The notes under the pieces were generated by a model. It searched no databases. It saw only the letters and a program-made list of their open reading frames with translations, and had not been told where the DNA came from. From contig JAJZBR010000002.1 in the NCBI GenBank assembly GCA_021798795.1, positions 1 through 59,858 on the forward strand: a DNA stretch of 59,858 nt, read 5' to 3'. A program made the position numbers and the translations under genes. Numbering within the stretch: position 1 is the first letter of the stretch; every line of letters starts with the position of its first letter. Source of the stretch: Pseudomonadota bacterium (lineage in GTDB: Bacteria > Pseudomonadota > Gammaproteobacteria > JAKAQQ01). Below, in pieces: positions 8,904 to 19,586 of the stretch.

Positions 8904-9915
8904 GGATTACCTTTCCCGATTGCCCCGTGCGCATGACTTCGAACGCCTGTTCAAAATCATGTACCGGAAATGTATGGGTCAGGACCGGCTCGACGTCGAG
9001 CCCGCTTTGCAGCATGGCAGCAACCTTGTACCAGGTTTCGAAAATCTCGCGGCCATAGATGCCTTTGAGATGCAGGCCTCTGAAGATGATGGTATTCCAG
9101 TCGATCGTGAAGTCTCCGGAGGCGATTCCCAAAAGTGCCACCGAACCGCCGTTGCGCATCGAGGACAGAAGGAGTCGGATCGCCTCCGCCTGGCCTGACA
9201 TTTCGAGTCCCACATCGAAACCCTCGGTGAGACCCAGTTTTTTCATCGTCTCGGGAAGCGTCTCCTGTCTGATGTTGATCGCCGCCGTGGCCCCAAGCTG
9301 TCGGGCCAGATTCAGGCGGTAATCGTTCACATCCGTGACGACGATGTGACGCGCACCCACATGCCGGGCGATCGCCGCTGCCATCACGCCGATCGGGCCG
9401 GCCCCTGTGATCAGCACGTCTTCACCTACGAGATCGAAACTCAAAGCCGTGTGAGCGGCGTTGCCCAGCGGATCCAGAAACGACGCGATCCGGTCCGGGA
9501 TCGCATCCGGCAGGGGAAACACGTTCGTGGCCGGGAGGGTGAGCAACTCAGCGAAGCAGCCGGTGCGCTGGACGCCGAGACCGACGGTGTTCGGGCAGAG
9601 ATGGCGTCGGCCGGCCCGACAGTTGCGACAGTGACCACAGGTGATATGCCCCTCGCCCGAGACGCGCTGTCCGATGGACAGACCATGGACTTCGCTACCG
9701 ATTCCCTCGATCACCCCCACGAACTCGTGTCCGGTCGTGAGCGGGACGGGGACGGTTTTCCGGGCCCAGGCGTCCCATTCATAGATGTGGATGTCGGTTC
9801 CACAGATGGCGGTCTTCTGGGTGCGGATCAGCACATCATTCGGCCCGACGGTGGGTTCCGGAACGGATTCGAGCCAGAGCCCGGGCCGGGATTCTTTTTT
9901 GACCAGTGCTTTCAT
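8854..9915 (-). CDS. tdh: L-threonine 3-dehydrogenase
   Basis: 353 aa. Zn-ADH motifs [14 protein letters not shown] and GAGPIG, with an end resembling GQSGKVIL as in Tdh. Located immediately downstream of kbl. Confidence 0.93.
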   Translation of the reverse strand: MKALVKKESRPGLWLESVPEPTVGPNDVLIRTQKTAICGTDIHIYEWDAWARKTVPVPLTTGHEFVGVIEGIGSEVHGLSIGQRVSGEGHITCGHCRNCRAGRRHLCPNTVGLGVQRTGCFAELLTLPATNVFPLPDAIPDRIASFLDPLGNAAHTALSFDLVGEDVLITGAGPIGVMAAAIARHVGARHIVVTDVNDYRLNLARQLGATAAINIRQETLPETMKKLGLTEGFDVGLEMSGQAEAIRLLLSSMRNGGSVALLGIASGDFTIDWNTIIFRGLHLKGIYGREIFETWYKVAAMLQSGLDVEPVLTHTFPVHDFEQAFEVMRTGQSGKVILDWSADALSGKAQSRD

Positions 9916-9927
9916 GAAGACGGTGTC

Positions 9928-11115
9928 CTATAAAACGCCGACCCGGCGTCCGGCTCGTTCGAAGGCTTCGAGCGCCCGGTCGAGATCAGCGGCATTGTGG
10001 GCGGCAGAAACCTGGGTCCGGATCCGTGCCTGGTCCTTGGGAACGACCGGGAACGAGAACCCGATCGCATAGACTCCTTCCTCAAGGAGCGCTTGTGCCA
10101 TCTTCTGGGCCCGGTGCGCGTCACGAAGCAGGATCGGAATGATGGGGTGGGTTCCAGCCACGAGTTCGAATCCGAGCGCCGTGAGCCCGGCCCGGAAACG
10201 TGCTGCATTCGCGTGCAGGCGCACCCTGGGTGCCGGGTCGCTCTGGATGAGTTCGAGGGCGGCCATTGCTGCGGCCACGATCACCGGGGGAAGGCTGTTC
10301 GAGAACAGGTAGGGGCGCGAGCGCTGGCGCAGCCAGTCGATGACCGGAGCGGAGGATGCGGTATATCCGCCGCTCGCTCCGCCCAGGGCCTTGCCGAGGG
10401 TTCCGGTCAGGATATGAATCCGGTCCGGGACACCCTGTTTTTCCGGCGTCCCGCGTCCACCGGGTCCCATGAAACCGACCGCATGGGAGTCATCAACCAT
10501 GACGAGTGCGTCATAGCGTTCGGCCAGTTCCGAGATGCCGCGCAGGTCGGCTTCAACCCCATCCATCGAGAAAACTCCGTCCGTCACGATCATCCGGAAT
10601 CGAGCCTGGCGGGATTGCTTGAGTTCACCCTCCAGTGCGTCGAGATCGCGGTTGGGGTAACGCAGGCGACGGGCCTTGGACAGACGAATGCCATCGATCA
10701 GGCTGGCATGATTCAGGGCATCGCTGATCACCACGTCCTCTTCACCGAGCAGGGTCTCGAACAGTCCGCCATTGGCGTCGAAGCAGGAGGAGTAGAGAAT
10801 ACTCGCGGAGCAGCCCAGGAAATCGGCAAGCCGGCGCTCGAGATCGATATGGAGATCCTGGGTCCCGCAGATGAACCGAACCGAGGCCAGGCCATAACCA
10901 TAACGCGTGAGCGCCGCCTGGGCATGGGCAATCAGGGTGGGATGGTTTGCCAGCCCCAGATAATTATTGGCACAAAGATTGATCAGTTCGCGGCCGTCCG
11001 CGAGCCGGACCCGTGCGCCCTGGGGCGAAGCCAGGACCCTTTCGGATTTATGGAGTCCTTCGGCATCAAGGTCGGCGAGCGCCTGGTTCAGGTGAATTTC
11101 TAGGGCATGCGCCAC
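9928..11115 (-). CDS. kbl: 2-amino-3-ketobutyrate CoA ligase (glycine C-acetyltransferase)
   Basis: 395 aa. Alpha-oxoamine synthase motifs NNYLGL, DDSHAVG and [14 protein letters not shown] (PLP lysine). kbl-tdh order as in E. coli. Confidence 0.93.
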   Translation of the reverse strand: MAHALEIHLNQALADLDAEGLHKSERVLASPQGARVRLADGRELINLCANNYLGLANHPTLIAHAQAALTRYGYGLASVRFICGTQDLHIDLERRLADFLGCSASILYSSCFDANGGLFETLLGEEDVVISDALNHASLIDGIRLSKARRLRYPNRDLDALEGELKQSRQARFRMIVTDGVFSMDGVEADLRGISELAERYDALVMVDDSHAVGFMGPGGRGTPEKQGVPDRIHILTGTLGKALGGASGGYTASSAPVIDWLRQRSRPYLFSNSLPPVIVAAAMAALELIQSDPAPRVRLHANAARFRAGLTALGFELVAGTHPIIPILLRDAHRAQKMAQALLEEGVYAIGFSFPVVPKDQARIRTQVSAAHNAADLDRALEAFERAGRRVGVL

Positions 11116-11205
11116 GGGGGATTCCCCAAAAATGGAATTCTACTACGAGCGCCGGGACGGATTGGCATGGCCAGACTATAATTCAGGAAACGGGACCCGG
11201 CTGGT

Positions 11206-12909
11206 TTGTCCTTGGATTCAACAAAACGCCACTTTCAGTCCCCATCCCACAGGTTATGGGGTGTCTGTGCCCTGTTCCTCCTCTTCTCCGTGACCTGGTT
11301 CGGGACCATCGGGCATCGTGCGCTCTTCCAGACCGATGAAGGACGTTACGCCGAGATCTCGCGCGAGATGGTGCAGTCCGGAAACTGGCTGACGCCCCGC
11401 CTCGACGGATTCAAATATTTTGAAAAACCGGCGCTTCAGTACTGGGCGACGGCGCTCAGCTTCACGCTTTTCGGTGAACACACCTGGTCTGCCAGGCTCT
11501 ATAGCGCCGTGACCGGTTTCCTCACGCTGCTTCTCATCGGCTGGGCCGGATACCGGTTATGGGGCGTGTGGTCGGGCTGGTTCGCCTTTTGTGTGGCGGC
11601 AAGCAGCCTCTATCTCGTCATCATGGCCCATTTCAACACCCTGGACATCGGGGTGACGTTCTGGATGACCCTCAATCTCGTGAGTTTTCTCCTGGCCCAA
11701 TCGGAACCGGATCGCATTGCGCGCCGGAGGGCCTATATGTACGTGAGTTGGGCGGCTTCTGCTCTTGCGGTCATGAGCAAGGGATTGATCGGTGTCGTCC
11801 TGCCCGGAGCCGTACTATTGCTCTACGTCCTGGCCGTGCGGGATGTCCGCATCCTCAAGCGGCTGCATTACTACGGGGGGGTGACGCTCTTCGTGCTGAT
11901 CGGGGTTCCCTGGTTTTTCTGGGTCACGGTTCACAATCCCGAGTTTTTCCACTATTTCTTTATCTACCAGCATTTTGACCGCTATCTCAGCGGCAGTGCA
12001 CACCGCCCGGGTCCCATCTGGTATTTTCTGCCGATCCTCCTGCTCGGTGTCCTGCCCTGGGTGCGCGAAGCCTCACGCGTCATCCGGGCAGGCTTCAGGA
12101 GACCTTTGCGGGAGGCCGATGGGCGGGTCGACGCCGCCTGGCTGCTCTGGCTTTATGCGGTCTTTATTTTCGTGTTCTTCTCGTTTTCGAGTTCCAAACT
12201 CCCGAGTTACATTCTTCCGATCATGCCTGCCGTGGCGCTCCTGATCGGTCGAGAGCTTGCGGCCATGGACGCGCATCGACTCCTCGCGGCGATCCTGATC
12301 GGGGGCGGGCTCGGCTCGGCCGGTCTTTTGGCCACGCCCTTTTGGATCTCCTCGATCCACTCGTCGTCTGCTTTGGACTATATGCGTTTCGAGCCGGGAC
12401 TCCTTGCCGTGTTTGCCTGCCTTTTGATTTTTTCTGCAGCTGGGTTCTGGTTGTGGCGGCGGGGCGGGTCGACGGGGGCGATCGTGACGGTTTTGGCATG
12501 CGGATGGTTCTTCGCAGTTTCGGGCCTCAACTGGAGCGCCCAGGCACTTGATCCGATCTATTCGACCCGTGCGTTCGCGAAGAGTCTCGGTCCCTGGAAT
12601 CAACCCTCCCGACCCTTCTACATCGTGGCCAACTACCAGCAGTCCCTCCCTTTCTACCTCAGGCGGACCGTGACCTTGGTCGACTGGCAGGGAGAGATCG
12701 GTTACGGCATCAATCTGGCCCGGGTGGCCGGCCACCTTGACGACAGCCGGTTCATACCCACCCTATCCCGCTTCCACCGCATCTGGCTGGCCGAGCCCAA
12801 AGCCGTCGCAATTCTCGAGAAGCCGCTTTACCGAAGACTCCGCAAGGCCGGCTGGCCCCTCCGGGTGGTGGCGTCCAACATCCGCCGGGTGGCGGTGGTG
12901 CATCCATGA
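11206..12909 (+). CDS. arnT: undecaprenyl phosphate-alpha-L-Ara4N transferase (GT83/PMT_2 family)
   Basis: 567 aa polytopic protein. The N-terminal FQTDEGRYAEISREMVQSGNWLTPRLDGFKYFEKPALQYW aligns with E. coli ArnT WQPDETRYAEISREM...YFEKP. The only in-frame start upstream of TM1 is TTG at 11206. Confidence 0.85.
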   Translation: MSLDSTKRHFQSPSHRLWGVCALFLLFSVTWFGTIGHRALFQTDEGRYAEISREMVQSGNWLTPRLDGFKYFEKPALQYWATALSFTLFGEHTWSARLYSAVTGFLTLLLIGWAGYRLWGVWSGWFAFCVAASSLYLVIMAHFNTLDIGVTFWMTLNLVSFLLAQSEPDRIARRRAYMYVSWAASALAVMSKGLIGVVLPGAVLLLYVLAVRDVRILKRLHYYGGVTLFVLIGVPWFFWVTVHNPEFFHYFFIYQHFDRYLSGSAHRPGPIWYFLPILLLGVLPWVREASRVIRAGFRRPLREADGRVDAAWLLWLYAVFIFVFFSFSSSKLPSYILPIMPAVALLIGRELAAMDAHRLLAAILIGGGLGSAGLLATPFWISSIHSSSALDYMRFEPGLLAVFACLLIFSAAGFWLWRRGGSTGAIVTVLACGWFFAVSGLNWSAQALDPIYSTRAFAKSLGPWNQPSRPFYIVANYQQSLPFYLRRTVTLVDWQGEIGYGINLARVAGHLDDSRFIPTLSRFHRIWLAEPKAVAILEKPLYRRLRKAGWPLRVVASNIRRVAVVHP

Positions 12910-13277
12910 GTTGGGTCGCGTTCCTTTTGATCCTGACCGGCGTCCTCCTCAATGCCATCGCCCAGCTTTTGCTCAAGGCGGCGGTTCGGGGCATGGGACC
13001 CATTGGACTTTCGGCCCCCCTGCTCGTGCGCGCCGGCTGGATGCTTGCCCAGAATCCCTATATCCTGGGGGGGCTCGCCTGCTATGCGACGAGCCTCGTG
13101 GTCTGGATCCTCGCCCTGTCCCGGGTCGAGGTCAGCCTGGCTTATCCGATGCTGTCCCTGGGGTATATCGTGACCGCACTCGGTGCCTGGGCCATTTTTT
13201 CCGAACGCTTGGGTCCGGTTCAGTGGGCGGGAATCTGTGTCATCATTCTGGGCGTTGCGCTGCTTGCGCGGGGTTGA
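12906..13277 (+). CDS. small EamA/SMR-like membrane protein, ArnE/ArnF-type flippase subunit
   Basis: 123 aa with 4 TM segments. An ATGA overlap joins it to the arnT stop. Only one such subunit is present. Confidence 0.7.
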   Translation: MSWVAFLLILTGVLLNAIAQLLLKAAVRGMGPIGLSAPLLVRAGWMLAQNPYILGGLACYATSLVVWILALSRVEVSLAYPMLSLGYIVTALGAWAIFSERLGPVQWAGICVIILGVALLARG

Positions 13278-13280
13278 ATC

Positions 13281-14420
13281 ATGGCGGATCCGTTTCTCCC
13301 CTTTACCCGACCGACCTTCGATGAGGCCACCCTAGAAGGGGTCATCGACACGCTCCGATCGGGGTGGGTGACATCGGGTCCCCGGGTTATCGAGCTCGAA
13401 GGCGCGCTCGAAAGGTATCTCGGCGGCGGGCGTCGTGTCCTTCTGTTTGGACACGCGACCGGCGCGCTCGAAGAGGCGCTTCGAGTGCTTGAGGTGGGAC
13501 CCGGTGACGAGGTCATCGTCCCGGCCATGACCTTCGCGGCGAGCGCCAATGTCGTGCTGCGGGTGGGAGCGACTCCGGTTTTTGTGGATGTTGATCTCAC
13601 GACCCGCAATCTGACCCTCGATGCGGTAGAGGCCGCCCGTACGGATCGTACCCGGGCCGTGATGCCGGTTCATTTCGCAGGGTTACCCGTCGATCTCGAT
13701 CCGCTCTACAGCTGGGCGCGCGGCTGCGGGATCTGCCTGGTTGAGGATGCAGCCCATGCCATCGGTGCCCGCTACCGGGGGAGAGCCATCGGGAGTTTTG
13801 GCGACCTGGTCTGTTTCAGCTTCCACGCAAACAAAAACATGACCACGATCGAGGGTGGCGCGATTTCCCTGCCTCTGGATCGTCCCGAATGGATCGCGCG
13901 CCTCGAACGGCTGCGTTTCCACGGCCTCAGAAAAAACACGGATGGTAGCTATGACATCGAGGAGGCCGCAGGCAAGCACAATCTATCCGACGTGGCGGCG
14001 CGGGTCGGCCTTGGACAGCTTACGCATCTCGACGCTTTCAATCAGCTCCGGCGCAGTCTCGCGGAGCGCTATTTCGAGAGACTGGAGTCGAATCCCTGGG
14101 ATCTCGGCCTGCCCGCCCGGGGTGATTCCGGGCATGCCTGGCACATGTTCACGCTCCGGATCCCATTCGAGTCCCTGGGTTTCGATCGCACCGAGTTTCA
14201 ATCCCGCATGCGCGCGCACGGGATCGGCGTGGGCATGCATTACCCGGCGCTCCCCCCGCTCACGCTCTACCGGAAGCGGTGCCGGTGGCAGCCCGGGCAG
14301 TTCCCGAATGCGGAGCGGATCGGGCGGGAGACCGTGACCCTGCCCCTTTTCCCGGCCATGGGGGTCTCGGATGTCGACCGGGTCGTCGATGCCATCGGAC
14401 AGGCGCTTGGGAGCCCCTGA
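13281..14420 (+). CDS. arnB: UDP-4-amino-4-deoxy-L-arabinose--oxoglutarate aminotransferase (DegT/DnrJ/EryC1 family)
   Basis: 379 aa. N-terminal FLPFTRP and SGWVTSGP, and FSFHANKNMTTIEGG (PLP lysine). Confidence 0.9.
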   Translation: MADPFLPFTRPTFDEATLEGVIDTLRSGWVTSGPRVIELEGALERYLGGGRRVLLFGHATGALEEALRVLEVGPGDEVIVPAMTFAASANVVLRVGATPVFVDVDLTTRNLTLDAVEAARTDRTRAVMPVHFAGLPVDLDPLYSWARGCGICLVEDAAHAIGARYRGRAIGSFGDLVCFSFHANKNMTTIEGGAISLPLDRPEWIARLERLRFHGLRKNTDGSYDIEEAAGKHNLSDVAARVGLGQLTHLDAFNQLRRSLAERYFERLESNPWDLGLPARGDSGHAWHMFTLRIPFESLGFDRTEFQSRMRAHGIGVGMHYPALPPLTLYRKRCRWQPGQFPNAERIGRETVTLPLFPAMGVSDVDRVVDAIGQALGSP

Positions 14421-14428
14421 GGAACCCC

Positions 14429-15382
14429 ATGCGAACCTCTGATCGAGATCTTTCGGTCGTGATCCCCGTCTACAACGAAGAGGCCAGTCTCCCGACCCTT
14501 TTCGAGCGTCTGTATCCGGTTTTGGCGCGCCAGGGCGGATCCTATGAGGTGGTTTTCGTGGACGATGGCAGCCGCGACCGCTCGGCCGCATTGCTCCGCC
14601 AGGTTTTCGCGTCCTATCCCGATGTGACTCGGGTCATCCTTTTTCAGTCGAATTTCGGCCAGCATGCGGCCATTCTGGCCGGTTTTGAATATGCCCGCGG
14701 ACAGCGCGTCATCACCCTTGATGCCGATCTCCAGAACCCCCCGGAGGAGATCCCGCGGCTGCTTCAGGCCATGGACCAAGGTCACGACTATGTGGGGACC
14801 ATCCGGCGCACGCGCCACGACCATCTGTGGCGCAAAGCCGCGTCGCGCGTCATGAACCGGGTGCGCGAGCGCATCACCCGGATCCATATGACGGATCAGG
14901 GTTGCATGCTCCGCGCCTACGATCGCACGATTGTGGATGCCGTGAACCAATGTGAGGAAATTCACACATTCATTCCGGCCCTCGCCTATCTCTTTGCCAC
15001 ACGACCGACCGAGATCGAGGTCGACCACCACGAACGGGTAGCCGGCCAGTCCAAGTACTCGCTCTACAAGCTCATTCGGCTCAACTTCGATCTCGTGACC
15101 GGATTTTCCCTGGTTCCCCTGCAGTTTTTTTCACTTTTCGGGATCGGGCTTGCCCTCTCATCCGGAATTCTTGTCTTGTATCTTGCTATCCAACGGATTT
15201 TCATGGGTCCCCAGGTCGAGGGCGTCTTCACGCTGTTTGGGATCGTGCTGTTCCTGATTGGCGTGCTCTTGTTCGGCATTGGTCTGCTCGGGGAGTACAT
15301 TGGACGGATCTACCAGCAGGTGCAGAAGCGCCCCCGTTATCTCATTGGGGCTATTCTCGGGAAACCGGAATCCGGAGCATGA
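14429..15382 (+). CDS. arnC: undecaprenyl-phosphate 4-deoxy-4-formamido-L-arabinose transferase (GT2)
   Basis: Start MRTSDRDLSVVIPVYNEE, a DDGSRD motif and two C-terminal TM helices. The longer ORF from 14279 overlaps arnB and is rejected. Confidence 0.9.
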   Translation: MRTSDRDLSVVIPVYNEEASLPTLFERLYPVLARQGGSYEVVFVDDGSRDRSAALLRQVFASYPDVTRVILFQSNFGQHAAILAGFEYARGQRVITLDADLQNPPEEIPRLLQAMDQGHDYVGTIRRTRHDHLWRKAASRVMNRVRERITRIHMTDQGCMLRAYDRTIVDAVNQCEEIHTFIPALAYLFATRPTEIEVDHHERVAGQSKYSLYKLIRLNFDLVTGFSLVPLQFFSLFGIGLALSSGILVLYLAIQRIFMGPQVEGVFTLFGIVLFLIGVLLFGIGLLGEYIGRIYQQVQKRPRYLIGAILGKPESGA

Positions 15383-16296
15383 CCCGGGCGGTCGTCTTTG
15401 CCTACCAGGAGGTGGGCGTACGGGGGCTCGCGGTACTCCTCGACCAGGGAATCGAGGTTCCTTTGGTTGTCACCCATCCGGATCTCGCAGGAGAGAACCG
15501 CTGGTTTGCGGACGTCTCCGAGTTTGCGAAGCAGGCCGGAGTGCGTGTGATGACACCGGAGCGGGAAGATTTGGGAGCGATCCTTCCGGATTTGGTCCGG
15601 CTCGAACCGGATTTCATTTTTTCGTTCTATTACCGCCACTTGATTCCGGTACCGCTCCTCTCAGTCGCCCGGCGCGGGGCACTCAATCTCCACGGATCGC
15701 TCCTGCCGCGCTACCGCGGTCGGGCTCCGGTCAACTGGGCGCTTCTTCGGGGTGAACGGGAGACCGGCGCGAGTCTCCATTACATGGTTGAACGGGCGGA
15801 TGCGGGAGATCTCGTCGACCAGATGGCCGTCCCGATACTGGCCACAGACCAGGCGTGCGAGGTCGCGCGCAAAGTGGCCTGGGCTGCGGAGATGGTCCTT
15901 TACCGGAGTCTGCCTGCGCTGGTTGCCGGAACGGCCCATGCGCGCCCGCTCCCGATTCTGCCGGGTGAATATTTTGGCAGGCGGCGTCCGGAAGACGGCC
16001 GGATCGACTGGAGCCGGTCGGCCTGGGAGGTTCACAACCTCATCCGGGCCGTGGCGCCGCCCTTTCCGGGCGCGTTCAGCGACTGCGGGGGCGCGAGGCT
16101 CTGGATCGATTGCGCCCGGGTCGATCCGGATCCGGCCCGCCATCCGGGTCCGGTGCTCTACACGGAGCAGGATCGGCTCTTCGCCGATTGTGGGGACGGG
16201 CGGAGAATCCAGGTGTTAAAATATCGCTGGAGCGGAGTGGATGCAAAGGCCATATCCGCACCCGCGACACCCCTCGTGCTCGGAGAACTCCCGTGA
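15379..16296 (+). CDS. arnA: UDP-L-Ara4N formyltransferase (stand-alone ArnA N-terminal domain)
   Basis: 305 aa. Formyltransferase motif HGSLLPRYRGRAPVNWAL. ATGA overlap with arnC and GTGA overlap with the next gene. Confidence 0.88.
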   Translation: MTRAVVFAYQEVGVRGLAVLLDQGIEVPLVVTHPDLAGENRWFADVSEFAKQAGVRVMTPEREDLGAILPDLVRLEPDFIFSFYYRHLIPVPLLSVARRGALNLHGSLLPRYRGRAPVNWALLRGERETGASLHYMVERADAGDLVDQMAVPILATDQACEVARKVAWAAEMVLYRSLPALVAGTAHARPLPILPGEYFGRRRPEDGRIDWSRSAWEVHNLIRAVAPPFPGAFSDCGGARLWIDCARVDPDPARHPGPVLYTEQDRLFADCGDGRRIQVLKYRWSGVDAKAISAPATPLVLGELP

Positions 16297-17345
16297 AAAA
16301 AATCCTGATTCTCGGGGTGAATGGCTTCATCGGCCATCACCTGAGCCAGCGGATCCTGAGCGGGACGGATTGGGAGGTTTTCGGAATGGACATGTTCTCG
16401 GAGCGGATCTCCGGCATGCTCGATCATCCCCGGTTCCATTTCTTCGAGGGCGACATCACGATCAACCGGGAGTGGGTGGAATACCACGTCAAGAAATGCG
16501 ATGTGGTCCTGCCGCTCGTGGCCATCGCCACTCCGGCCGCCTATGTACGTGAACCGCTCAAGGTCTTCAGCCTCGATTTCGAGGCGAACCTGCCGATCAT
16601 CCGCCAGTGCGTGCGCTACCGGAAGCGGATCATCTTTCCATCCACCTCCGAAGTCTACGGCATGTGCCCGGATGCCGCCTTCGATCCTTATGAGTCGACG
16701 CTTGTTCTGGGTCCCATCCCGAAGCAGCGCTGGATCTACAGCAGTTCGAAGCAGTTGCTCGACCGGGTGATCTGGGCGTACGGGATCGAGGAGCAGCTCG
16801 ATTTCACCCTCATTCGCCCCTTCAACTGGATCGGGCCGGGTCTCGACAGCATTCATGCGGCAAAAGAAGGCAGCTCCCGGGTCGTGACCCAGTTTCTCGG
16901 TCATATCGTGCGGGGCGAGGATATTCGTCTGGTCGATGGCGGCGCGCGGCGACGCGCCTATACCTATATCGACGACGGCATCGACGCACTCATGCGGATC
17001 ATTCACAATGCGAACGGAGCCGCGAGCCGGCGCATCTACAACATCGGCAATCCTGACAATCAGTACTCGGTTCGGGAGCTCGCGGAGCTCATGCTCAAAC
17101 TGGCCAAAGGCTATCCCGAATATGCACCCTCTGCCGCACGGGTGAAACTGGTCGAGGTTCGCGCCGCCGACTATTACGGAGAAGGTTATCAGGACATCGA
17201 CAATCGCGTACCCTCGATCGAGCATACCCGTCGTGAGCTCGGGTGGAAACCTGAAATCAGTCTCGAAGTCGCGCTTCAGCGAATCTTCGAGGCGTACCGC
17301 GGGGATGTGAACCAGGCCGGACAGCTCGTCAGTGAGGGTGACTGA
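16293..17345 (+). CDS. arnA: UDP-glucuronate oxidative decarboxylase (stand-alone ArnA C-terminal SDR domain)
   Basis: GTG start at 16293 (VKKILILGVNGFIGHHL Rossmann motif) and YSSSK catalytic motif. 350 aa. Confidence 0.88.
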   Translation: MKKILILGVNGFIGHHLSQRILSGTDWEVFGMDMFSERISGMLDHPRFHFFEGDITINREWVEYHVKKCDVVLPLVAIATPAAYVREPLKVFSLDFEANLPIIRQCVRYRKRIIFPSTSEVYGMCPDAAFDPYESTLVLGPIPKQRWIYSSSKQLLDRVIWAYGIEEQLDFTLIRPFNWIGPGLDSIHAAKEGSSRVVTQFLGHIVRGEDIRLVDGGARRRAYTYIDDGIDALMRIIHNANGAASRRIYNIGNPDNQYSVRELAELMLKLAKGYPEYAPSAARVKLVEVRAADYYGEGYQDIDNRVPSIEHTRRELGWKPEISLEVALQRIFEAYRGDVNQAGQLVSEGD

Positions 17346-17355
17346 CCGTCCTCCC

Positions 17356-18312
17356 ATGCGTGTGGCACTCAAGGTCGATGTGGATACCCTGCGCGGAACA
17401 CGGGTCGGCGTTCCGGCTCTCCAGCAATTGTTCCGGGATGCGGGCGCCGACGCCACCTTTCTGTTCTCAGTGGGACCGGATCATACGGGGCGTGCACTGA
17501 GGCGTGTCTTCCGGCGGGGATTCCTGGGCAAGGTCAAACGTACTTCGATCGTTCGCAACTACGGTTTGGGTACGCTGCTTTATGGGACCCTCCTGCCCGG
17601 TCCGCGGGTGGGCCGTCGGGCGGGTGCAATCATGCGCGCGACGCACGCGCTCGGTTTCGAGGTAGGCCTCCATGCCTACGATCACGTCCGCTGGCAGGAT
17701 TTTGTGACCCATCGCGGCGAGGGCTGGACCTTCCGTGAGTTCGCGCGTGGGGGCGACGCCTTTCAATCGGTGTTCGGATTTCGGCCGCAAACAGCCGGTG
17801 CCGCGGGCTGGCAAATGAATGTCCATGCGTTTGCGGCCGAGGAAGCGGCGGGCCTCCGTTACGCGAGCGACTGCCGCGGATCCGGGCCTTTTTATCCCAT
17901 GATCGAAGGACGTGTGTTCCGCTGCCTCCAGATCCCATCGACCCTGCCGACCCTGGACGAGCTTATCGGGCGCCATGGAATCCGGGAAGCGGCACTGGCC
18001 GGAGTCCTCTTCGAGGCGAGTCAGAGGCGTGCGGGCGACCAGGTCTTCACGCTCCATGCCGAGCTTGAGGGGATCCGCTACCGTGCGGCACTGGAACGCC
18101 TGCTTGCGCTCTGGCGGGAGGCGGGAGTCTCCTGCATGAGCCTCGGCTCGTTCTACCGAGGATTGGATCTCACCCGCGTTCCCGTCTGTGAAATCCGGAT
18201 GGGGAGCGTCCCCGGCCGCAGTGGCCGATTGGTTCGCCAGGGGCCGGTACGCGACCCGGTCCGGACGGCGGGCGCGTCCGGGGAACCTATTCCGCTTTCA
18301 GCCTTTCTATGA
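17356..18312 (+). CDS. arnD: 4-deoxy-4-formamido-L-arabinose-phosphoundecaprenol deformylase
   Basis: MRVALKVDVDTLRGTRVGVPALQQLF...FLFSVGPD aligns with the E. coli ArnD N-terminus (LRIDVDTFRGTREGVP...FFSVGPD). Confidence 0.88.
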   Translation: MRVALKVDVDTLRGTRVGVPALQQLFRDAGADATFLFSVGPDHTGRALRRVFRRGFLGKVKRTSIVRNYGLGTLLYGTLLPGPRVGRRAGAIMRATHALGFEVGLHAYDHVRWQDFVTHRGEGWTFREFARGGDAFQSVFGFRPQTAGAAGWQMNVHAFAAEEAAGLRYASDCRGSGPFYPMIEGRVFRCLQIPSTLPTLDELIGRHGIREAALAGVLFEASQRRAGDQVFTLHAELEGIRYRAALERLLALWREAGVSCMSLGSFYRGLDLTRVPVCEIRMGSVPGRSGRLVRQGPVRDPVRTAGASGEPIPLSAFL

Positions 18313-18327
18313 TGTGGAGCCTACCCG

Positions 18328-19572
18328 ATGAATGCAAACCTGATTGAGCCGCCGCCGGGCGGCCGGAAGATTCGTTATGAAAGCGGCCGGCTGATCGTTC
18401 CGGATGAACCCTGGGTTGGATACGTCGAAGGCGACGGGATCGGAGTGGATATCACGCCCCCGTGCCTGCGGATCTGGAATGCGGCCGTCAAAAAAGCCTA
18501 TGGCGGCCGGCGGAGCATTCACTGGGTCGAGTTGTTTCTCGGGGAAAAAGCGGCAAAGCGCTATGCCGGACAGTATTTCCCAGACGAGACACTCCGGTGG
18601 ATGAAAGAGCTTTGGGTATCGATCAAAGGCCCCCTCACAACTCCGGTTGGCGGAGGGTTTCGCTCGCTCAACGTGAGTCTGCGCCAGGCGCTCGATCTTT
18701 ATGCCTGTCTCCGTCCGGTTCGCTATTACCGGGGAGTTCCCTCGCCGCTGCGCGAGCCGGAGCGGATCGATGTCGTTTTGTTCCGGGAGAATACCGAGGA
18801 TGTCTACGCCGGTATCGAGTACGCCGCAGGCTCCCCCGAGAACGAGAAGCTGGCCCACTTCCTCCGGAGCGAGCTCAAGGCCCAGTTTTTCGAAGGTGCG
18901 GGTCTCGGTGTCAAGCCCATCTCCCGCTTCGGCACCGAGCGGCTGGTGCGCAAAGCCATCGAGTACGCGATCGCGCACAAGCGCCGGAGCGTGACGCTCG
19001 TCCACAAGGGCAACATCATGAAGTATACCGAGGGTGCCTTCCGGGCCTGGGGATATGAACTCGCGCAACGCGAATTCGGCTCCGTGACGGTTTCGGAAGA
19101 AGCGGCTGCCCGCCTGCCGGGCGGAGTGGCGCCCGAGGGACAGATCATCATCAAGGATCGGATTGCGGACATCATGTTCCAGATGATGCTGCTCCGCCCG
19201 GATGAGTTCGACGTGATTGCGACGCCGAACCTGAACGGAGATTATCTTTCGGATGCGATCGCAGCCGAAGTCGGCGGCATGGGAATTGCCCCTGGCGCCA
19301 ATATCGGTGATGGCGTAGCCGTCTTTGAAGCGACCCACGGGAGCGCACCCAAGCATGCGGGTAAAAACATCGTCAATCCGGGCTCACTGCTCTTCTCCGG
19401 CGTGCTCCTGCTCGAATACCTGGGCTGGGACGAGGCGGCGGAGAAAATTCACTTGGCCTACGAGAAGACGCTCGCTGACCGGATCGTGACCTATGATTTT
19501 GCCCGCCTCATGACCGATGCCCGCGAAGTGTCAACCAGCGCTTTCGCGGATGCCTTGATCGAACGGCTCTGA
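18328..19572 (+). CDS. icd: NADP-dependent isocitrate dehydrogenase
   Basis: 414 aa. Typical dimeric IDH blocks: YVEGDGIG, NLNGDYLSD and GSAPKHAGKNIVNP. Confidence 0.94.
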   Translation: MNANLIEPPPGGRKIRYESGRLIVPDEPWVGYVEGDGIGVDITPPCLRIWNAAVKKAYGGRRSIHWVELFLGEKAAKRYAGQYFPDETLRWMKELWVSIKGPLTTPVGGGFRSLNVSLRQALDLYACLRPVRYYRGVPSPLREPERIDVVLFRENTEDVYAGIEYAAGSPENEKLAHFLRSELKAQFFEGAGLGVKPISRFGTERLVRKAIEYAIAHKRRSVTLVHKGNIMKYTEGAFRAWGYELAQREFGSVTVSEEAAARLPGGVAPEGQIIIKDRIADIMFQMMLLRPDEFDVIATPNLNGDYLSDAIAAEVGGMGIAPGANIGDGVAVFEATHGSAPKHAGKNIVNPGSLLFSGVLLLEYLGWDEAAEKIHLAYEKTLADRIVTYDFARLMTDAREVSTSAFADALIERL

Positions 19573-19586
19573 GGCTCGGGCGGCGC

